Virus genome (UHGV): UHGV-0076294
Origin: a virus
DNA: 64,000 nt
Direction: 5' to 3' (one strand)
The position numbers were made by a program, and so were the translations under genes. This document shows, in pieces, positions 58,159 to 64,000 of the stretch (position 1 is its first letter; each line of letters begins with the position of its first letter). Below the pieces are notes generated by a model that saw nothing but the letters and a program-made list of their open reading frames with translations, made no database searches and had not been told where the DNA came from.

Positions 58159-58176
58159 AACCCTATTGAAAAATAT

Positions 58177-58201
58177 CTTAGATATATATTACTTAGGTGA
58201 G
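58177..58201 (+). promoter_or_regulatory. phage promoter-like motif CTTAGATATATATTACTTAGGTGAG
   Basis: 24 of 25 nt identical to 952-976; 51 nt upstream of ATG 58253; conserved ACTTGTTAACC box in the leader of both copies. Confidence 0.45.
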
Positions 58202-58252
58202 CGTTGTAGAATTACACGCTATTCGACTTGTTAACCTAAAGGAGTATTAAAG

Positions 58253-58642
58253 ATGAAAAACGAATTATTCAAAGACCCGTTTGTTGTATTACTGATTTCT
58301 ACTCGTGCTATCATGCGTCCAGATGACCTGGAACGATTAATTACAGACGAAGCTTATCTGTGCGAGCAGCGTGACAAACTACTGAACAAAGAATGTCCAG
58401 ATGAGTTAATCGAACCTTTTGTACGTATCATTCGCGATGAAGAATGGCGTAAAAAAAATCAACTGTCTGAAAACATCGCCGTATCAGTTGGATGTCTGTT
58501 TATGGTTTTTAAGTTCGACAAAGACATCTGGTACCTCTTTACTGACGAAGAACGCAAAGTCTTAATGGACGATCTTCAACTTGCCACAAAACGTGTTAAC
58601 AAATTCGTCGCTAACCGTACGCAGGTAAATCTGGAAAGATAA
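58253..58642 (+). CDS. hypothetical protein (paralogue of 58644-59033)
   Basis: 129 aa; N-terminal ELFKDPFVVLLIS resembles ELIEVCRDPFTLWLLCS of the next gene; AAAGGAG RBS. Confidence 0.55.
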   Translation: MKNELFKDPFVVLLISTRAIMRPDDLERLITDEAYLCEQRDKLLNKECPDELIEPFVRIIRDEEWRKKNQLSENIAVSVGCLFMVFKFDKDIWYLFTDEERKVLMDDLQLATKRVNKFVANRTQVNLER

Positions 58643-58643
58643 A

Positions 58644-59033
58644 ATGGAATGGTCAAAAGAACTTATCGAGGTCTGTCGTGACCCGTTCACACTGTGGTTA
58701 CTGTGCAGCTTACGACGTGACGACAGATTCTATACTTTCGTCAAAGACCCACAAGCGTTAGCCAATCACGTAAAACGTGAGGAGACGCGTTTAGAGACGC
58801 TTAAAGAGGAAAGTAATACCCTAGAACCAGCTGATGCGTTTTATGTCCGTATGATGTCTCCTACGTGGCGTAGAACGCATCGGTTAAAGGCACCGACGTT
58901 AGCAGATATGGTACAAGAACTTGCCCGAGCGGTGAGTTCTGACCATCTGCTCTATCGGAATATCATTCAACAACCTGACAGTTGGCACGACTTACGTCTG
59001 ATGTTAATCCGCTGTCAGTTCACTTTCTCCTAA
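58644..59033 (+). CDS. hypothetical protein (paralogue of 58253-58642)
   Basis: 129 aa; starts 1 nt after previous stop. Confidence 0.55.
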   Translation: MEWSKELIEVCRDPFTLWLLCSLRRDDRFYTFVKDPQALANHVKREETRLETLKEESNTLEPADAFYVRMMSPTWRRTHRLKAPTLADMVQELARAVSSDHLLYRNIIQQPDSWHDLRLMLIRCQFTFS

Positions 59034-59054
59034 TCGACATGTAAGGTTTTATAA

Positions 59055-59726
59055 ATGGAAGCTATCGAAATTAACAAATTCTGGGAACAAGTCATTGCTC
59101 AATTCCGCGATTTCTATCGCTACACAGACAGCGCCCACCGTATTGACCACATCCAGTCAGTGAAGTCTAATGCCATCCGCATTGCTTATCTGCTGGGTGA
59201 GTCTAAGCACCTTAAAAATATCCTGGTCGCTGTTGCGGCACATGACATATTCTCAACTAAAGCCGATCGTGCTTCCCATCACATCAAAGCCTTCAACTAC
59301 GTTCTGGATTCTGCGCCGATTCTAAAACGTCGCTTTAAGCTTACCTGTGATGACGTTACCGAGATAGCTTACGCGGTACTAGAACATCGCAGTTCACACA
59401 AAGGCGGGTACAACTCTATCGTATCCGAAATTGTCGCGGCTGCGGATCGTGGTATCCCTTCTATCGATGAAGTGAAAAATTACATGTACCGCTCTTACTT
59501 ATACGCACGTGACCATGGAAAATCCATTACCGATTCGAAGTTCCATGCGATTCGTCACGTACAAGAAAAGTTCGGTCGCAATGGCAAATCTCGCGTTCCA
59601 GAATGGTACGAGAAACTCTTCGCGAAAGAGATTCTGGAACGTCAAGAGTACGTAGAGATGCTCGGCCTCGAGCACTTTACTTTTGAAATCACCAACGACT
59701 TAGAAAGTCGTATCCAAAACCAGTAA
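59055..59726 (+). CDS. HD-domain metal-dependent phosphohydrolase
   Basis: SAHRIDH ... VAVAAHDIFS gives the H...HD signature; 223 aa. Confidence 0.6.
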   Translation: MEAIEINKFWEQVIAQFRDFYRYTDSAHRIDHIQSVKSNAIRIAYLLGESKHLKNILVAVAAHDIFSTKADRASHHIKAFNYVLDSAPILKRRFKLTCDDVTEIAYAVLEHRSSHKGGYNSIVSEIVAAADRGIPSIDEVKNYMYRSYLYARDHGKSITDSKFHAIRHVQEKFGRNGKSRVPEWYEKLFAKEILERQEYVEMLGLEHFTFEITNDLESRIQNQ

Positions 59727-59747
59727 TAACCTGAAGGAATAAAACTA

Positions 59748-60230
59748 ATGGCTAAAGTAACTTCTATCAAAGACCTGGCTGCAATGATCGATGCACTGGA
59801 AACTCCGGCAATGACCATGAACGACGACCTGGTGGTCAACGCTGACCCGATGGTAAAAATTTATGAAGAAACGCTGCCGGTTATCAAAGTTAACGATACT
59901 GACTATCGCTTAACGCTGAAAGACGCCGACGCGGTTCGTCAACACGATGCTAACTTCCTGGAAGTGTACGGGAAAGTCGCTTCTGGTCTGATTGTGGAAA
60001 AAGCGAAAGCCGATGCTGAGATGGCCGCGATGAACATCACCACCGAAATCGGCAACGCATCGTTCTCCACGGTGTTCTCTCGCCCGACCGGGGACACCAT
60101 CAGCCAGAAAGAATGGGCTGCATCCATCGGTTTCGGTTACGGTGTGCCGAAGTCTAAAGCACTGGAAGGCAAACTTCGTAAGCAATTCGCTGCGGACATG
60201 ATGGCTTCCGATGACGAAGACGACGAATAA
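59748..60230 (+). CDS. hypothetical protein with acidic C-terminal tail
   Basis: 160 aa; strong RBS GAAGGAATAAAA; ends MASDDEDDE. Confidence 0.55.
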   Translation: MAKVTSIKDLAAMIDALETPAMTMNDDLVVNADPMVKIYEETLPVIKVNDTDYRLTLKDADAVRQHDANFLEVYGKVASGLIVEKAKADAEMAAMNITTEIGNASFSTVFSRPTGDTISQKEWAASIGFGYGVPKSKALEGKLRKQFAADMMASDDEDDE

Positions 60231-60239
60231 GGTTGCGAT

Positions 60240-60386
60240 ACTCGGAGGGAAGGTAAAACATACCTATATCCCTCCTACACCGATTAACCCTACGGCCTGG
60301 CAGAATCCACTCTCCAGAACGCTAGGGTTACCTAAACCGATTGACGGTTTGGTGTATCTGTCGCATCGACGGAGAAAATAAAAGTT
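60240..60386 (+). ncRNA. structured non-coding region, candidate small RNA or structured 3' UTR
   Basis: No ORF; nested hairpins (GGAGGGAAGGTA...TACCT..TCCCTCC; TAACCCT...AGGGTTA; AAACCG-attga-CGGTTT) immediately upstream of a terminator. Confidence 0.25.
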
Positions 60387-60416
60387 AAGGCGGTTTTATG
60401 ACCGCCTTATTTTTTT
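60387..60416 (+). terminator. intrinsic terminator
   Basis: AAGGCGGT-tttatg-ACCGCCTT followed by ATTTTTTT. Confidence 0.7.
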
Positions 60417-60434
60417 GATCTCAGGAGATATAAA

Positions 60435-60995
60435 ATGTCAAACCCTAACCTTTTTGGTGGGCCTGTTACGCCAGGACATCAGATTGTCGACGATGTAAAA
60501 CCGTTACCTAACGTCATGACGCGTACTGAGGTTATTAATCGCCTAAACCAAATCGGTGAAGTTTTTACACTGTCAATGAAATCTGTGTTGGAAGATGCGT
60601 TCCCACACATTGCAGGCTGGCCTGCTGAAACCATCCCCCACACCATCAACGGGTACCAACGTTTCCTGACTGAAATCAGATCAACGGCTTCGGGTAACAT
60701 TATCGCCGGTTTTGTTATTCGTTTCAAACAGTTACTGTTAATCGAATTCGGTAAAGACGTTATCGATTCCCTTGAACGTGAACTGGTTTCGTTACACGAC
60801 AACGAAATCGTACGTAACGAAAAAGGTGAGGGTTCCAACGGATTAACACTGTGGAAACTCGCTTATCCTGACGATATCACCAACACCCCACCGACCACTT
60901 ACGATTTAATTTCAACCTTCCTGTTGTTGATGCAGATGAAAAACTTAATCATCCGTGCATCCGCATCGAAAGTCCTAGGAACGGAAGAAAAATAA
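60435..60995 (+). CDS. hypothetical protein
   Basis: 186-aa ORF; CAGGAGAT RBS. Confidence 0.55.
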   Translation: MSNPNLFGGPVTPGHQIVDDVKPLPNVMTRTEVINRLNQIGEVFTLSMKSVLEDAFPHIAGWPAETIPHTINGYQRFLTEIRSTASGNIIAGFVIRFKQLLLIEFGKDVIDSLERELVSLHDNEIVRNEKGEGSNGLTLWKLAYPDDITNTPPTTYDLISTFLLLMQMKNLIIRASASKVLGTEEK

Positions 60996-61000
60996 AAAAG

Positions 61001-61041
61001 TACCTACCTCCATTACGGAGGTAGGTAAACTTATTTTTTTC
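61001..61041. terminator. bidirectional intrinsic terminator (ACCTACCTCC family)
   Basis: TACCTACCTCC-attac-GGAGGTAGGTA flanked by A-run and T-run between convergent genes; same stem as 37293-37316. Confidence 0.7.
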
Positions 61042-61917
61042 TTAACGAAGCTGATTGGCCATCTGCTCGTCGGACACAGAACGATAACCGCCAGCCGTAG
61101 CATCGACGTCTGGGTTGATACCGTCGGTCTGTTGAGACGGAGTGAGCCACAGTTTGCGCTCGTAAGGACGCAGACCGTACAGTTTCATACGTTCCAGTTC
61201 CTTCTGCGCTGCCTGCATCGGACCCCAACCTGTCCATTGCTGGGAGGTAAAGGTGATGGACAGTTCGTTAGTTTGCGGACCGGTGTTCGGGTCACGTTCA
61301 CCGATATCCTGACCGTTAGACTCAGGAGCCATGTTGGTCAGCCACCATGCGTTCTGCGGTTTACGCTGATACGCATCCGGTTCGAAGTACAGCACAGTCA
61401 TGCTGTACATATCCGGCAGGTGGTCAGGAACGTTCGGGTTGATTGCCGCCAGACCAGGGTGGCCTGTGTGCGGGTCACAAACACCGTATACCAGCCACGC
61501 CCAGAGCATGTTCTGATACACTTTACCCAGTTTATCCGGGGTAGTGTGCGTAACAGAAGACAGAGCTTCCGTTACCAGACCAGCTTCATACTGGACGCGG
61601 TTGTTACGACCCTGTTGGGTCTGCACGTACTCAGCACTCAGGGATTTATCCAAACCGGTAATCGTGGTGTGAACCTCGATAAACGATTTGATTGCCTGAC
61701 GCCACAATTGTGGGTTCGGCATGTAATCAACCCAGCGAGGGAATTCCATCACACGGGCGATTACGTTACGACGCAGACGGTGGGCGTTGGTAACAAACTT
61801 ACCAACCTGTCCGACCGGACCGTTTTGACCCGAGCTGAACGGGTTGACCATGTCGTACTGACCACCGTCAACATGCAAGCCCTGGTCAGGTAAAATCATG
61901 CGTTCTTTGATGGACAT
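61042..61917 (-). CDS. hypothetical protein, putative virion structural protein (tail-tube-like size and position)
   Basis: 291-aa ORF 3 nt downstream of a 685-aa gene, with GGAGAG RBS; function inferred only from size, order and strand block. Confidence 0.5.
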   Translation of the reverse strand: MSIKERMILPDQGLHVDGGQYDMVNPFSSGQNGPVGQVGKFVTNAHRLRRNVIARVMEFPRWVDYMPNPQLWRQAIKSFIEVHTTITGLDKSLSAEYVQTQQGRNNRVQYEAGLVTEALSSVTHTTPDKLGKVYQNMLWAWLVYGVCDPHTGHPGLAAINPNVPDHLPDMYSMTVLYFEPDAYQRKPQNAWWLTNMAPESNGQDIGERDPNTGPQTNELSITFTSQQWTGWGPMQAAQKELERMKLYGLRPYERKLWLTPSQQTDGINPDVDATAGGYRSVSDEQMANQLR

Positions 61918-61920
61918 CTA

Positions 61921-63978
61921 TTAGCTCTCCGTACTGTCGCGACGATAAACTTTGATCGTCGTGTTGAACTGCGTCAACAGTACACCGCCTTCAGCTTTAA
62001 TGTCCAGCGTGATGGAATAGCCGTTAGCTTTGTCATCCGCTGTCATGTACGCACTCGGAGTAATGTTGGCAATACTATCCAGGCGACCTTCCAAACGCTC
62101 GGTGATTTTGTTCTCAATCATTTTCGCGCGTTCGTCGTCCGTCATACGGCTCTCACCGGACATATCTGCCCAAACTTGATCACTGACACGATAAACGTAG
62201 GTCATGATGAAGTTAAACAGTGCGTTATTCAGCACTGAACGTTCTTCGCTATAGATGGACTGAAGTGCTGGGATGAACAAACGATAGTAGTCGCGGGAAC
62301 GTGCAGTAACCAGTGACACATCCCAGTCGGATGCGTAAATCTCGTTACCTTTCCACGGCATACTCAGATCGTACAGATCTTCGATAATCGTCTCTTCACC
62401 ACGGCTGAAGCGATAAGCAGGTTTAGCGCGACCTTCACCGGAACCCAAATACTTCGAGAAGAAGTTCGCGATGCTGTAACACATCGGAACCGGTTTCTTG
62501 TAAGAGGAGTTACGGATGTAAGCGTCCTGACCACAAATCATCCCACGGCACGCTGGGGTACCGTAATAAGACGATTCAGGTACAGACGTGATCATTTCGA
62601 TCAGCGCTGTCTTCACGTTCTCTTCCGTTTGCAGATCGTTACGACCTTGATTGTAAACGTGGGTGCAAAGAGTCAGGAACGTGTTACGAGAACGACCGAT
62701 GAAGTTCGTCAGGGCTTTCTTGGTATCCATGCTGAAGCCGGAGTCCCAGAAGCAACCCAGAGAGTATTTCAGTTCGTTATCGTAGCGGACTTTACCGCCG
62801 TCCGGGAACAGAGACATTTCACGGCGAACCAGTTCGTCGTAAACATCGTTGTTCATGGTCCCGTTACTACCGCCTTGCAGGTAGTGGATATTCGAAGCAG
62901 AGAAAACAATTTTACCTACTTCTTCAGACGGGTTAACTTGTAAACCGTCGTAGAGCTGACCGGTTAAGTCAACGCCACCGAAAATATCGACCATATACGG
63001 ATCGGTAATTGCCGGTTTTGCGTTTTGAATCTTAGATTGGGCCAGTTTCAGCACCGTTTCCAGGTTTTCACGGTAGATGTAAAACTCTTCGAACGGGCCG
63101 TAATCCGGCAGACCACCGATATCCGGCATCGTCTGACGATACGCATCTGGAACGACGACTTCGAAGTCCAGCTGGGTGCTCATCGGCTGATAGTATGCAT
63201 CGGGCTTGAAGCTAACATTGATGCTGCTAAGACCTTTGAGGGTCTTCCAAATCACCGGTGATGTTACCCCTGCTAAGGTCTCGAACCATTGCAGTGCGTA
63301 CATACGTCCGCCTACATTCGTCTGATAAGCAGACGCAATAGACGGGCTGGATTTTTCGTTCAGCGGAACCAGTTTGAAACCAAATCCGTTGACATCAGAA
63401 CCCGCGTACGGACCTTTGATATCAAAAATCGGATAGAGTTTTGATTTCGCCTGAGTCTCGGTATCAGTCATCGTACCTTCGGTGACGGTGCCCGCTTTTA
63501 CGTTGCTGACATCATCGATGACGGACAGTCGGAAGACGATTTTCAGACCGTCTACCTGTTCTTTGACTTTCGGCTTACCGCTTACGTCGTACTGAATCGC
63601 GCCGTTCTCACGCTCATAAGCGGGAACTTTCGTTTCCAGTACGTCAGCAACCAGACGGATAGCTGCGGTTTTCGCATCATCCGGTACCAGGCGCTGATAC
63701 ATGCAATCGTTACCGTTAGCGTTGAACATCGCCTGGAAAGGTGTGTTAAACGTCGCGTAATCGCCACGCAGGTCGAACAAATCGCGACCAAGCAGAGACA
63801 ATGCATTATCCCCGGATAACGGGAACGCCTCGTCGTCTACCCCGCGTGAAGCAAAGGTGAAGATCAGCGGCTTATGAATCGGATCACCCGTGGGGGTCCG
63901 AACAAGCTCAGGGACAGAATTGTCCTGCCACCCCTGCTTGTTATTCAACGGCGCGCCGTTTCGTGGAATAAAACTCAT
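61921..63978 (-). CDS. hypothetical protein, putative virion structural protein (tail-sheath-like or capsid-like size)
   Basis: 685-aa ORF with GGAGA RBS; first gene visible in a minus-strand block running off the window end; no enzymatic motif recognised. Confidence 0.5.
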   Translation of the reverse strand: MSFIPRNGAPLNNKQGWQDNSVPELVRTPTGDPIHKPLIFTFASRGVDDEAFPLSGDNALSLLGRDLFDLRGDYATFNTPFQAMFNANGNDCMYQRLVPDDAKTAAIRLVADVLETKVPAYERENGAIQYDVSGKPKVKEQVDGLKIVFRLSVIDDVSNVKAGTVTEGTMTDTETQAKSKLYPIFDIKGPYAGSDVNGFGFKLVPLNEKSSPSIASAYQTNVGGRMYALQWFETLAGVTSPVIWKTLKGLSSINVSFKPDAYYQPMSTQLDFEVVVPDAYRQTMPDIGGLPDYGPFEEFYIYRENLETVLKLAQSKIQNAKPAITDPYMVDIFGGVDLTGQLYDGLQVNPSEEVGKIVFSASNIHYLQGGSNGTMNNDVYDELVRREMSLFPDGGKVRYDNELKYSLGCFWDSGFSMDTKKALTNFIGRSRNTFLTLCTHVYNQGRNDLQTEENVKTALIEMITSVPESSYYGTPACRGMICGQDAYIRNSSYKKPVPMCYSIANFFSKYLGSGEGRAKPAYRFSRGEETIIEDLYDLSMPWKGNEIYASDWDVSLVTARSRDYYRLFIPALQSIYSEERSVLNNALFNFIMTYVYRVSDQVWADMSGESRMTDDERAKMIENKITERLEGRLDSIANITPSAYMTADDKANGYSITLDIKAEGGVLLTQFNTTIKVYRRDSTES

Positions 63979-64000
63979 GGAACGTCTCCATATTCAGTCT

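Noticed and set aside
61042-63978. Confident assignment of the 685-aa and 291-aa minus-strand genes as tail sheath and tail tube
   Set aside because: Only size, gene order and strong RBSs support this; no diagnostic motif could be recognised by eye and a major capsid protein of similar size is equally possible, so they are left as putative structural proteins.
1-64000. tRNA, rRNA, tmRNA genes and CRISPR arrays
   Set aside because: Intergenic regions were read for cloverleaf hallmarks (GTTCRANYC T-loop, 7-bp acceptor stem) and for regularly spaced direct repeats; none found. Intergenic space is short and occupied by terminators and promoter motifs. A covariance-model scan would be needed to be certain.
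1-64000. Integrase, transposase, IS elements or prophage attachment sites
   Set aside because: No protein showed recombinase (R-H-R-Y) or DDE transposase signatures and no long terminal or inverted repeats were seen; the region reads as a lytic-phage-style genome.

Overview
The window reads as a densely packed segment of a large dsDNA phage genome, with about 85 protein-coding genes in alternating strand blocks (plus 1-12.7 kb; minus 12.7-14.7 kb; plus 14.7-37.3 kb with two lone minus genes; minus 37.3-47.3 kb; plus 47.3-61.0 kb; minus 61.0-64.0 kb). Almost every operon ends in a GC-rich hairpin followed by a T-run. Recognisable functions: thymidylate synthase very close to E. coli ThyA but with two insertions, a Rad50/SbcC-like ATPase, a DEDDh exonuclease, an RNase H with a long C-terminal extension, a UvsX/RecA-like recombinase, GNAT, macro-like, HAD, HD and MazG-like enzymes, a secreted lytic transglycosylase, and a 2377-aa protein with an SLT domain. 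A 541-aa protein carries a DYDGD motif in a context resembling the catalytic region of the multisubunit RNA polymerase beta-prime subunit; with a recurring AT-rich promoter-like motif (core TATATTAC) this suggests a phiKZ-like jumbo phage that transcribes with its own split RNAP, though that assignment is inference. The most system-like candidates are a CYTH-like enzyme next to a HEPN-like membrane-anchored protein (31.3-32.9 kb), a GNAT plus macro-domain locus preceded by three micro membrane peptides (7.0-9.2 kb), and a tandem array of five small secreted cysteine-containing proteins (1.0-3.2 kb). Several tandem paralogue families are present. No tRNA, rRNA, CRISPR array, integrase or transposase was found by eye. 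All calls rest on reading the ORF translations and sequence; no database search was run.
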